From positions 1 to 61,651 of the IMG/VR virus record IMGVR_UViG_3300044448_003018: DNA of 61,651 bases. The stretch is one strand, 5' to 3'. Within the stretch, counting starts at the first letter, position 1. Every line of letters begins with the position of its first letter. Of the stretch, positions 48,001-57,000 are shown piece by piece. The notes beneath the pieces were generated by a model. It searched no databases, was not told the DNA's origin, and saw nothing but the letters and a program-made list of their open reading frames with translations. This DNA is from a virus (taxonomy: Duplodnaviria; Caudoviricetes). The translations under genes were made by a program, and so were the position numbers.

Positions 48001-50581
48001 AAGTGTTTTCTAATTTTTCTTTAACATGCAATTGCTCTGCTTTTCTAGCTATTTGAGTTCCAGACGGTTCTTGAACGCCATCAACTTGCAGTAATCTAGT
48101 GGCTTCAGTCTTTAATCTGTTTTGTTCTGTAGCTTTTAAAAGACCAAAAGTGTTAGTAAAGGCTTTTTTAAACTTATCCGCCCCAGCTTCTAATGTATTA
48201 AATTCATTTTGAAGAGCGCTAATCATTGCTTTTTTCTGATCAGCTGGTATTGCATCATTATTATCTAAAGCCTCTGCTTGAACTCTAAGTTCTTCTTGCC
48301 TTTTCATAGAAGCAGACAGTAACTCTCCACCCTGCTTGTTTAGATTGTTAGTAGTTAAATTTATTCTATCTTCTACTATTTTATTGTTTTGATCTTCTAA
48401 TTCTTTTCTTTGTTTTTCAAAAGCCTCTTTGTCTTGTTTAGACGTAAACGGTGAATCTATAGCGTTTTGTAAACTTTGCATCATTTTAAGATTAGCTCTA
48501 TAGTCAGACGTTGTGCTATAGTCGCTTAAAGCCGCGGCAAAACCGCCTTTTAGATATGAATATCCTGTAAAAGTAGAAGCAAACATTCCACCTGAAAATA
48601 TAGATTCTGCAACATTTTCACCTAATGGTCTACCATCTATACCGTTTTGAACTATTGTAGTTAAACCTTCACCTGCAGCATCTGCAGCCGCTAGACCTAT
48701 ATCTAAAACTCCATTTTCTTTTATGTATTTAAAATAATTTTTAGCGCCATTAAATAAATTTCTTTTGCCAAGCTCAGTAGCGCTTTTTCCAACTCCTCTT
48801 AGTATTAAAGAAGTAGGCGCAGCTCCAAAAACATATTCAGCAGTTCCAAAACCTAATGATTGAAGAAAAACAGTATCTTTATCGTATTTTCTACCTCCAA
48901 TTTGTTCAGCTTCTAGCTGTCTACTAATTTGATATTCACCAGCTGAAGCCGCTGAAACTGCTAGCATACCTACGTTACCAGTATAAATAGCCGCAAATAT
49001 AGGTGCTTGAGCTATTGCTTGATCAATAGCATACTCGCCAAAGTTTTCAAAACTATCAAAAGCTTTATCAAAAGTTATTGGTTTGTAATATTTCTCTGCA
49101 GCAAATTCTTTTGCTTTAGATACTTTTTTAGCTACATCTTGAAAAAATGTAGAGCCTTCTGCTTCTTTTACTGTTTTAGTTTCTTCGTCTAAAATTACTG
49201 TTTTAGCACCAAGATAATTACTAGCAGTTTCTAAAAAAGCAGCACTATTAGAGAATAATCCAGCAAAACCTAACCCTAAATCTGTAAATCTTTTGTCTGT
49301 TTTGTTATAAATTCTTTTTAAAGCATCTAGCTGAGTTTCTGATTCTTTTATAGTAGAAACCATTTCAGTGTATTCTGAAACTCTATTTTCAAGATCCATT
49401 TGCTCATTTCTTAAATTAGCTCCAAGCTTGTTATAATAACCTACAAAGTCTTTGTAATTTTCAGATATTTCTCTATATTTCAAAAGATCTTCAGTTACAG
49501 GTAAACCTTTTTTTTGTTTTTCAACAATTTTATCTTGAAGAGTCTTTATAGCTTTTTGTTTTTCTTTTAAGCCTTTAGTGTAATTTTTAAAATTACTAAC
49601 AAGAGAACTTTCTTTAAACTTGCTTAAATCAAATTCTAAATCTTTAGCATAGTCATCTATTTCCCAAGTTGTTTTGTTTCTTTTTTCAACTATGTAATCA
49701 CCTATTTCATTTCTTACTTTAGCTCTTTCTTCAGGATCTGTTATATTAAAAAGAAAATTAGTAGCATTAGACATTCTAATATCTCTAGACTTAGCGTTAA
49801 ACATGTTCTGTCTAGCTCTATATTCTATGTCTTCTTGAGTAGGCTTTGGATCACCTTTTTTTCTAGGCTGTTCTAAAAGTTGTTTTTTAGCTTTGTCTAG
49901 TTCTGCTTGGTTTGGATAAACAGTATATTGTTCTTGTAAGCCAGGTGTCATTAAACCAGCTTTAATATCCATGCCGCTACCTGCTGAGCCTTCTGCTAAT
50001 CGTGTTCTAATAATAGGTTTAAATAAATCTTCATTATTAAAAAACTCATCTTGCAGGCTATCAAATTGCTCTTTAGTTAAAGCCTCTGCTTCTATAAAGC
50101 TTCTAACTTGATCTGGAACTCTTTCTGATTTATCTACTACAGGTAAAACGGCTTCGGCTTTTTGTAAATCAATTTTACCAGCTTCTCCAATACCCTCCTC
50201 CTCTATTAACTCATCAAATCCAGAATAAGGATCTTCAAATGAAACTCGAGAAGTAGCTAAAGCTCTTTGAGCGTCTGCTATTATACCTCTTTCTATGTTT
50301 TGATTTATCTTATTAAGACTGTTTTGAGCTACTATATCTTCGTCGTACATTGAAGTAAAAGTCGGCTTGCCATTTCCAGAATCTGAAACTACGGACCCTG
50401 TGTTGTTTTGCGACTTCTCGTTCGGATCCTTTTCCGGGAAGTCTTTTGTCTTTACCTCGACAGCTTCTGGTGCTTTATAGCCAGTAGATGTTTTCCACTC
50501 TTCTATTCTTCTCTTCATCTCTGTAGGATCAAGAGGAGGTTGAATTGCTTGTAATTCCTGTACTTTTTCTATTAACAGCAT
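42026..50581 (-). CDS. Giant (2851 aa) internal virion / DNA-ejection polyvalent protein with zincin and HAD domains
   Basis: Position after tail and small ejection genes; HELGH zincin motif; HAD motifs FDFDDTL, ILTARP, K, FADD. Confidence 0.7.
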   Translation of the reverse strand: MLLIEKVQELQAIQPPLDPTEMKRRIEEWKTSTGYKAPEAVEVKTKDFPEKDPNEKSQNNTGSVVSDSGNGKPTFTSMYDEDIVAQNSLNKINQNIERGIIADAQRALATSRVSFEDPYSGFDELIEEEGIGEAGKIDLQKAEAVLPVVDKSERVPDQVRSFIEAEALTKEQFDSLQDEFFNNEDLFKPIIRTRLAEGSAGSGMDIKAGLMTPGLQEQYTVYPNQAELDKAKKQLLEQPRKKGDPKPTQEDIEYRARQNMFNAKSRDIRMSNATNFLFNITDPEERAKVRNEIGDYIVEKRNKTTWEIDDYAKDLEFDLSKFKESSLVSNFKNYTKGLKEKQKAIKTLQDKIVEKQKKGLPVTEDLLKYREISENYKDFVGYYNKLGANLRNEQMDLENRVSEYTEMVSTIKESETQLDALKRIYNKTDKRFTDLGLGFAGLFSNSAAFLETASNYLGAKTVILDEETKTVKEAEGSTFFQDVAKKVSKAKEFAAEKYYKPITFDKAFDSFENFGEYAIDQAIAQAPIFAAIYTGNVGMLAVSAASAGEYQISRQLEAEQIGGRKYDKDTVFLQSLGFGTAEYVFGAAPTSLILRGVGKSATELGKRNLFNGAKNYFKYIKENGVLDIGLAAADAAGEGLTTIVQNGIDGRPLGENVAESIFSGGMFASTFTGYSYLKGGFAAALSDYSTTSDYRANLKMMQSLQNAIDSPFTSKQDKEAFEKQRKELEDQNNKIVEDRINLTTNNLNKQGGELLSASMKRQEELRVQAEALDNNDAIPADQKKAMISALQNEFNTLEAGADKFKKAFTNTFGLLKATEQNRLKTEATRLLQVDGVQEPSGTQIARKAEQLHVKEKLENTLKSDKSTLKAMAGAGIDVKYNVSDTNKQAIDEFTKMMNARAADSNNSITEEQAQKHIEQFTNGINSGNLNGINIPSTNLKTGKKVYDSVTSVQNSIANERSQTSLHELGHVILAEALGIDSSAFIQGADLILSYLKEANPEAYTRISTRTKGQGADEVFTVFFEEVADGKIKLDKAKGTGFLGYLGSMLGTATSQASNTDYNYNFKGETDIIKFSKEIGRKLKDGTLTVGDVKTIQEEGLAGKTEVPVQELDEVVVTAQAASTEAKASEEVTSPVSKAAVNYQNNKDNMTEKQISSFRDQYFKTGVDALKRWAATKGVPVSAITSPKNDIQGKLLDQFPSIMKNYKPINPATGVKQEFTTYLDRILGRRIGTKLVEEFSKGTLDTVSIEDSTAAQQTQDPDSIVDTTTVETTTDNIAKKPSETTRFNKNYIDPEFAQNNDISKEGVETKITETVTESFKDRSVSNFKDTGKIPQALAKLYADMFGIKTVNALIEKQRNLQKLDEPGAIRARQFLIDNAAADFARLPRVKDDLGKATGIFQTKLGKVMYNKNGKLVGTLKQYKDIIQGKEITLPDYNGNEITFNARDAQGKKKPIYRDSQHITAALDFHIRNRAFETLVPLQGKRVQLGAKFSEEVKITPASLRKAALAATGSLTGGTFKNFTVKELKDMGFETVADVKRAFNLNIRPDDNRPITSSGFKALGGNVQVMTNAVNKFLKEFPQYREIIRRSTTSSMKRNSMVGTTYFDKVVPKAEGEFDIIKRDPYKGKDKKLTKGFVKKTNSKDYLRDQYGKLKYLENFWIDVQSYLKDNKDQAFVFEQMLDDSQNNMGSLMRISPPILFLPLKNGKIDFTSIIREEHNFPANQVGSMLLDAAMKGNVEEAFKVVSAAYMQGPLIMSDDNKIDVDFKRTMPDFFWDTMVPRILSGDLKIPEGSASVIRLSESGVNLDNYLFLPENQTFSEYFFGTNGLPVQTQNALLKEYFSGESSLQQIRDYGKKDAPIVAKENSVAPINNEMAGKLSIEGENSNNSIEVVKELGNLDAAARIARKLNNPIKKARIFDFDDTLARSKSKVIVTMPFLERGSEMADIIARRLFKKEFENLPSYKQTFNSLTDQQQIKVLQQIPGAVTEINATQFAEQAGDLEAQGATFDFSQFEKVIDGKKGPLFKVAENIANARGTEDIFILTARPQAAAGPIQEFMKALGINIPLGNITGLGDGKASAKGRWVASKAAEGYNDFYFADDAVKNVAAVKEVLDQVDVKYKVQIAKASKENTFNTIVNDMIQDSSGIESYKTFSAAKARTVGRDKGRFDWLTLASSAEDFKGLLYRLLGNGKKGETQYEFLKTNLIDPYNRAEDSIIQAKISAANDFMALKEQFPGLPKTLETETGVGKFTYQHALRTYIWNKQGMSIPGLSKADIRKLNKFVKDNTDLRVFADQLITLQKGKPYPEPGKDWLGGNLTTDIIGGINKVNRAEYQQEWRENVEIIFSPENLNKMEAAYGTRWRKALENTLKRMKAGTNRLGYNDATSNILDWVNNSVGAVMFLNTRSALLQTISAVNFINWGDNNIIKAGQAFANQKQYWSDFMTLMNSDYLTQRRKGLKINVSESEIADAVKDSKNKVKAAIAYLLSKGFVFTRYADSFAIASGGATFYRNRIKKYLKEDMSPELAQEKAFNDFRDIAEESQQSSDPSKISMQQASAAGRVILNWANTPMQYVRIQKRDLQDLIAGRGDPKVKIARIAYYGVMQNLIFNALQQALFAIGFGDDDEEEDEKKKKAKDKKIARVANGMIDSQLKGLGIAGAAMVAAKNTLMKIYEESEKKTPEFEKSAIEALSFSPAISSKYRKIVGGLKSFSWNRKEIKEKGFSLDNPAYLAGAQIITAVTNIPIDRVIKKVNNIRGIMSEQSQMWQKVSMALGYSAYDVGLPYYGGWDKPKEPTEAERKKQEIDVMKRDTNTAEQTQMLLDLGLTKKQIKALRYEDNRVKKIIELQKKKKDE

Positions 50582-50591
50582 TTAATTAAAT

Positions 50592-51689
50592 TTATAATTG
50601 GTTATCGTCAATGAACTTTTGAGCTTTAGCTTTTCTAGCTTCTTCTAAATCAAATACAGCGGCGTCTGCCTCTACTGTAGGTAGCTTGTTTGTAATAAAT
50701 TGTTTTATGTAGTTTTCCATGAAATACTCTTTATATTTACTTTCAAATAAAACTTTTTTATCTTGTGACAATGGTAAATCTTTTTCATAACTCCAACTTT
50801 CTGAAGCTGCATTAGCATTTTGAACCATTTGATCGTCTTCTTCAACACTGCTGCCTTTAGATATATATACGTTCCAAGCGGCTACTGCCTCTTGTTCTGA
50901 TTGAAGTAAGCCAGCAACTTCTGCGTTTATAAAAGGATCTGTTTTTCTTTTTATTTTATCTAAATCAAACTTAAGTATATTTCTACCTTTACCACCACCT
51001 ATATCTATAATTTCATAGTCAAAAGATCTATCTGAATTTTTTAATATAAATTCATCTAAAATTACAGCTTGAGATGAAAGTTCACCATTTACTATTGATT
51101 CTGCAGAAAAAACACCAACATTAGCTAAAAGCTTTAACATCATAGAATTTATGTCTGGAGTTGCTGCTATTAAAAAAGAATCAGACTGTAATATTGAATC
51201 TAAAGCAGAACTATTAATTACTAAAGGATTATTTTCAAACATAGGCCCTTCAAAAATAATAACTTGATTACCATCTTCATGTAATTTTAAACTAACATTA
51301 TATCCATCAGTTTTTGAAAAACCAGGTCTAGACTTCATTATAGCATTAGCGACAGCATATCTATAATCATTGTTAACATCATAATTAGCTGTATCTGTAA
51401 CATCTAGCTCTCCTAATATATTTTGTATAAATTCTAAAGAAATCTGTGGAGCCTCTTCTAATTGTTTTATAATGGAATTTTCTAAAAAACAATCAGCAGT
51501 TTCACAATTGTTATTTTTGACTTTCATTTTTAAACTAGCGTATAACTTAGCAGTTTCAGCATATGTTCTTTCTAGTATTCTAAAATTATAATTAGAAGAC
51601 TGTTTTAAAAAATTACTATTATAAGCTATAGCATTACTTTCGTTTAGCTGCTTTAAAAATAAATTTATTTTTATGTTTTTATCTTCCAT
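50592..51689 (-). CDS. Hypothetical, probable internal virion protein
   Basis: Probable start MEDKNIK; lies between two ejection-type genes. Confidence 0.6.
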   Translation of the reverse strand: MEDKNIKINLFLKQLNESNAIAYNSNFLKQSSNYNFRILERTYAETAKLYASLKMKVKNNNCETADCFLENSIIKQLEEAPQISLEFIQNILGELDVTDTANYDVNNDYRYAVANAIMKSRPGFSKTDGYNVSLKLHEDGNQVIIFEGPMFENNPLVINSSALDSILQSDSFLIAATPDINSMMLKLLANVGVFSAESIVNGELSSQAVILDEFILKNSDRSFDYEIIDIGGGKGRNILKFDLDKIKRKTDPFINAEVAGLLQSEQEAVAAWNVYISKGSSVEEDDQMVQNANAASESWSYEKDLPLSQDKKVLFESKYKEYFMENYIKQFITNKLPTVEADAAVFDLEEARKAKAQKFIDDNQL

Positions 51690-51693
51690 TTTA

Positions 51694-52362
51694 TTAATTA
51701 AATTTAAAAGCACCAGGTGTACCAGCTATAGAAGCAATACCACCTATCATACCAGTTAAAGCAGAAGTTCTGTCTGCAGCTGCTTGTCCTGCGGCTGCTC
51801 TAGCTGCGGCTAGTTGTCCAGCAACTCTATCTAATTGTTGCATTTCTCTTTGTTCTCTTGTTTGGAATACAAATTGATCTCCAGATACTTTAGCTTGTTG
51901 TACTCTTTGAGCTTCACTCATTTCCATTTGAGCAACTTGAGCTTCGCCTTGAGCTCTTAATTTTTCATTGTTAACTTCTTGTTGCTCTATGCTTGCTGCA
52001 ATATTTTCTTTACTTTTAAGCGCGGCTTGAGCCAAAGCTGTAGCTCCTCCAGCGCTAGCACCTGTAGCTCTTATTGTATCTAAAGTATTAGCTAGAGCTA
52101 AATCAGTTTGTTCCATTTGTATTTCAGCAGATTTAGTTGCTACGCCTAGATTATCAAAAGGATTTTGTATCATACTAGATAAGTTCTGCACATTGACATA
52201 AGGATTTACAATAGCTTGTCTATTGTTTTCTAGCTGAGTTAATTTAGCTTGTAATTTTCTTGCTTCTTTAGCTGCGGCTCTTTGTGCTCTTTTAGCAGCA
52301 CCTCCACCAATAAGACCTCCAGCTATTGATCCAGCTATTCCTAAAACTGCTCCAATTGCCAT
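51694..52362 (-). CDS. Probable internal virion/ejection (pilot) protein
   Basis: G/A-rich hydrophobic N- and C-termini with a Q/A-rich coiled coil. Confidence 0.6.
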   Translation of the reverse strand: MAIGAVLGIAGSIAGGLIGGGAAKRAQRAAAKEARKLQAKLTQLENNRQAIVNPYVNVQNLSSMIQNPFDNLGVATKSAEIQMEQTDLALANTLDTIRATGASAGGATALAQAALKSKENIAASIEQQEVNNEKLRAQGEAQVAQMEMSEAQRVQQAKVSGDQFVFQTREQREMQQLDRVAGQLAAARAAAGQAAADRTSALTGMIGGIASIAGTPGAFKFN

Positions 52363-52377
52363 ATTTTTTTGTTTTTA

Positions 52378-54057
52378 TTATTGATATCCATTGTTCATTA
52401 TATATTCTGTTCCTACTTGGAATAATTGTTTTTCACCGCCAAAATCAGTTGAATTATCTGTAGTCATTGTTACTACAGCATAAAATCCTTTTATACCTGT
52501 TATTTGCTCGCCAAAATGCACTTCATACTGTGTAGGTGTGCTTTTATTTTTTAAATTAGCATAATATTTATTTTCCTTACGATAAAAACCTGATCTAAAA
52601 ATATTACCAAGTAACTGCTGAGGGTATGAATTACCAAAAGAATCATAAGCCCCTTCATTATAACTATAAACATAGTTAACAGAATCGTTTGAAAAAGAAT
52701 AATTATTATTTAACTCATCTTCACCTGTTGGATCTGAAATAAAAGAATCTACAGCCCAACCATTATAGCCTTCATATTCTATAGTTTTAAAAGTTTTAGA
52801 GATACTAGCATTATTATTAAAAACAAATGTTATATTTGAATTATTATTTACTCCGTAAAATTTATTTCTAGCCAAGCTACTAAAAGATAAAGATGTATTA
52901 TCTGCTATTGTTTGAGTTTTATTTAAAATTAAATTAAGACCATTTATAGATAATACATATGTGCCTAGTAAAATATTTGGACCAGTTACAATATCTCCTT
53001 TACTTATATTTCCTACAACGTTATCTATAGTTACATTAGTACTGTTGTTTACAGCTCCATTAGTTAAAGCTTGAGATACTGTATTTTGTTTTGAATTATG
53101 AAGCCATAAACCACCGTCTTTAGTAGTATAAAATTTATTTCTAATACTAAACATTTGATCTGGTTTAAAACTAAAAAAGCTAGTCCAACCATTGATTTTT
53201 TCATCCCATGCAAGAGTTGTGTTTTCTGTATTAGTATCTGTTAAAGTTATATTTTTTTGAGTTGAAACAAAGTATTGACTAGTATATATATCCCAACCAC
53301 CTAATATTCTTCCCGGTGTTGAAGCTACTTTTATTCTATTAACTTCATCTCTAAAATAATCTTTCATACCTACAGAAGATATTTCATCTAATCCACTTTG
53401 TGAAAGTCTTAATATAACATTTTTATTAGCATCAGCAAAATATTTATTATAACCATAAACAGCAAAACTTTCAGGATTTTGACTAATACCATATTCGCCA
53501 GAATACGGTACTATTTGACCAATAACTAAATTTAATTGAGTTACTGGAGTTCCCTGTCCTTCTGCAGAATATATTGCATCTTTGTTTATTAATGCTTTAC
53601 TTACTTTTAACTCCTGAAATATATTTAAATTAGTATTTTCTGCATATAATTTTTGTATTCCTCCATTTGCTGGATCTAAACTTTTAGTTATTTCTTCTCC
53701 AACGCTAAAAACATTTGTATCATTTACACCTGTTCTAGAATTAAATATACCTGAGTATATTAAAGTATTTATTCTATTAGCTGAATTAGGTTCTTCTTCT
53801 ACTAAATATGCTTTAGCGCCATAATCTGTTGATGTATTATTAAAACCACCTCTAATTCTAGCTTCTTCTATAGCCCAATTAGTTGGATTGTTATCGTCTG
53901 GAGCTTGGGGTGTAGATCTAGGATAACCACCTATTTGCGGTGGTATGCCATAAGAACCATTCCACATAGCTATACCAGCATTACCTGGGGTATTATTGCT
54001 ATTAGTCTTTTTAAGAATAAAAGTATTAAAAAATTTTACTTCTACTGTTGCTGCCAT
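52378..54057 (-). CDS. Tail stabilisation/nozzle-type protein
   Basis: 559 aa, beta-propeller-like (YGISQNPESF, GWTSFFS). Confidence 0.6.
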   Translation of the reverse strand: MAATVEVKFFNTFILKKTNSNNTPGNAGIAMWNGSYGIPPQIGGYPRSTPQAPDDNNPTNWAIEEARIRGGFNNTSTDYGAKAYLVEEEPNSANRINTLIYSGIFNSRTGVNDTNVFSVGEEITKSLDPANGGIQKLYAENTNLNIFQELKVSKALINKDAIYSAEGQGTPVTQLNLVIGQIVPYSGEYGISQNPESFAVYGYNKYFADANKNVILRLSQSGLDEISSVGMKDYFRDEVNRIKVASTPGRILGGWDIYTSQYFVSTQKNITLTDTNTENTTLAWDEKINGWTSFFSFKPDQMFSIRNKFYTTKDGGLWLHNSKQNTVSQALTNGAVNNSTNVTIDNVVGNISKGDIVTGPNILLGTYVLSINGLNLILNKTQTIADNTSLSFSSLARNKFYGVNNNSNITFVFNNNASISKTFKTIEYEGYNGWAVDSFISDPTGEDELNNNYSFSNDSVNYVYSYNEGAYDSFGNSYPQQLLGNIFRSGFYRKENKYYANLKNKSTPTQYEVHFGEQITGIKGFYAVVTMTTDNSTDFGGEKQLFQVGTEYIMNNGYQ

Positions 54058-54062
54058 ATTAT

Positions 54063-54090
54063 ATTATCACTTAATTTTTTTTGTTTTAAC
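54063..54090 (-). promoter_or_regulatory. Putative middle/late promoter GTTAAA-N14-GTGATAAT
   Basis: Copy of the bipartite motif. Confidence 0.5.
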
Positions 54091-54091
54091 A

Positions 54092-57000
54092 CTATTCTCC
54101 TGATACACAGTTTTCTGCGCAGCCATAAGTTACCGAGGCTACAAAAGAATCCATTAATTGCTGACTATTAATTCCTAAAAATGGATTTAAAGGCGCAACG
54201 TTATTAACTTCTTCAGGCTGAGAAACAAATTCACAAGCAGGTCCAGTATTATTAGTACCGTTTTTACGAGGCGAAGCATTAGTAACTTGAGCACATAATT
54301 CACTTGTTGAAGCCTGCTGCGTAGGATTTGTTGTAGAATAAAAAGGAAAAACGTTACTTATGTGCACTCTTGGAAAAACATTTGAAGTAAAGTTTGTTCC
54401 TGCAACATTAGGCATAGTCACTGCCCATCTTCCAGTTGAAAAATTAATTTGATCACCAGTGCTTAAACCGTGAGGCGCAAATGTTGTTACGGTTGCTGCA
54501 GGTCCAAAATCACTTCCACTTGGAGTTCCTGTATATTCTACAGTACTAACTCTTACTCCACTGTTTACTCCTGCAGAATTTAATATAACAGAATTAGGCG
54601 GAACTAAGTATGAATTTGAAGTAGTAGAATCTGGTAAATTATATACATCATTACTATTTCCTAAATCTCCAGTAGGTAGACAAAATATAGGGCCTTGAAG
54701 TGGAATTTGCGCGCTTGGAATCACTGAAAAACCATAAAAAACATTATCACCTGTTAACGTAGCAGTCGTAAAAGTAGTTGCATCTACAACTGTAACAGTG
54801 CACGTAGAGTCTATAACAGTATTAACACTGCTAGCTCCAACTGCTGGTAAATTTAAATTTTTAGGTGTTGTAAAAGTCCAAAATAATCCTTTTGTAAAGT
54901 TCTCTTTACTTATTCTAATTACTAATCTATTTGGAGCAGGACTTAGTACTGGTGATTCACTAGAACCGCTACTTCCACTAGCATCTGTAACTTTCACCCA
55001 TACTACATAATCTACGTAATCATCAGTTATAAAAGGTGCTTGAGTGTTAGGAATTCCTAATTCTGAAAGTAAATCAATATTAGGATCACTAATATCTTCT
55101 CTTATAAGACTTAAAAAACTTTTACCATCAACTATTCCGTCAGGAGTAGTATTAGTTGTAGCTATAGTTTCAGTTATAGAAAAAGGTCCTCCGCCTATAA
55201 AAGTTCCAGGTAGATATCCAGGAGGTGCATATCGATCTATGTATTGTTGTTCTGTATATTGAGGAATATTACCAAAACCAACCATTAAAAAATCAGCTCT
55301 AACTTGGTTTACTATTTCAAATATTAATTCTCTACCTGCGTTAAATTTAGTACCACCAGCTCCGGATGTACCGTCTATATAAAATCTAGATCCATTGTTA
55401 GCAACTAATTTTGATATTGCAACAGTACTTCCTGAACCCATTATAATAGTAGGCGTAATAGGAGCTGTTGTAGCTGCAGGATAAGATATAGGAGGTATAG
55501 TGTAATTTGCTGTTAATGGATTTGTAGGTGTTGAAGCTGCAAGATCAAAAGCAGGAGCTATGTTTTTTAACTCCATTGTTTCTTCAAAAAAGTTAAAACT
55601 TCCGTCTACTAGACTTGTTATTTTAAAACTAACATTGAAATTTCTTATAGCACTATCTTCTAGAAATACAAATAAAGATGCTGTTTGCAATTGATAAAAA
55701 CCTGGATTAGGTCCTGTTCCTCCTGGAGCTCCAAGATCTACTAATGTAAAATCACTTGTTCTATCTGCACCTGTAAGATCTGCAATAGCAAAATCGTCAG
55801 CAAATTGAGATTCAAGAGTTATTTGAAAATCAGCAGCAGCTAAAGGAACACCAAAAACGTTTGTTGCTGTAAAACCAGGAGCTGTGCTACCAACTCTTTG
55901 ACCGACTTGTAATCCTTCATTGAAATTAGTATCATTAAAACCACTAAGAGTAGAGGCAGATAAATTATCTGAAAGTATAGCAGTGTTTAATTCTTCTATT
56001 AAACCACTCGATGATGTTTCCCAAAATATATCTAATAAACTTTCTACAGGTTCTGTTTCATATACAGCTAAATATTGAATACCAGGCGTATTAGTATTAG
56101 GATCATCAAAAAATGTTAATACGTCACCTTGGCTAAATATGTTGGATTTTGGTGGGCCTACTGTTCCAATATTAGCTGGATTACCTGCTGCATCATTTAA
56201 AGTTACTACAGAACCGGCAACACCTGCTACATTTGTTCCTTCTGCTAAACCTCCACCTCTTACTAACATGCCAATGGTTATAGTTCCTTGAACATCTAAT
56301 AAAGTTACTTGATTAGCAGCTGCAGATGGTGTATTAGCTAAATCTATAATACCACTAGCGGTGTCAAATTCAGTACTTGCTATTTGCCCTATTTTGTTTT
56401 CAGTGGTTATTCTACCTATTAAAGGGTTAGAATCAAAAACATAAAACTGTGGAAAGAAATCAGGTCTTTCTGCTACTAAAGCATTAAAATCAAATAAATC
56501 ATTTAACGTAGATATAGTAGATACAGTGTCTGGTTTTATTCCAGGAAAATAAGGTGTGTTTTTAGAATTATTAACAGCTGGTGCTAATGGCGCTGTAACA
56601 TCGTTTTCTACTCTACCAAATACCTGTACAGAACTTCTAAACTGTTTTTGCTGAGGACCTACTTCATTTAAATCTCTAGGTATTTTATTTATATTATCAT
56701 TTATAAGTACAGTATGAGATGTTCTTCCTAATTCTAAAGAAGTATCATTAGGATAGGAAGCCATTATACCTGGTAAGTATACATTGTAATACTCTTGCTC
56801 TGTTTGTTTTACAACTATTTTCCACGAATACCAACCTAGTGGATTATAATCGCTACTAGAAGGCACACCGTTATATAATCCTGGCCAACCTGTTGAAATA
56901 TTTTTATTAGAAGGACCAATAGGGCTATTAAAAGAAATTTTTAAAGAATCTCCAGGCCATGTTGCTTGTTCAACAGAGCTGCTATTATAGTCAGAATATA

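Noticed and set aside
42026-50581. Virion RNA polymerase (crAss-like) suggested by the DFDD string
   Set aside because: The sequence is DFDDT with downstream HAD motifs II-IV, not the DxDxD catalytic loop of double-psi-barrel RNAPs; a divergent RNAP elsewhere in the protein cannot be excluded without structure prediction.
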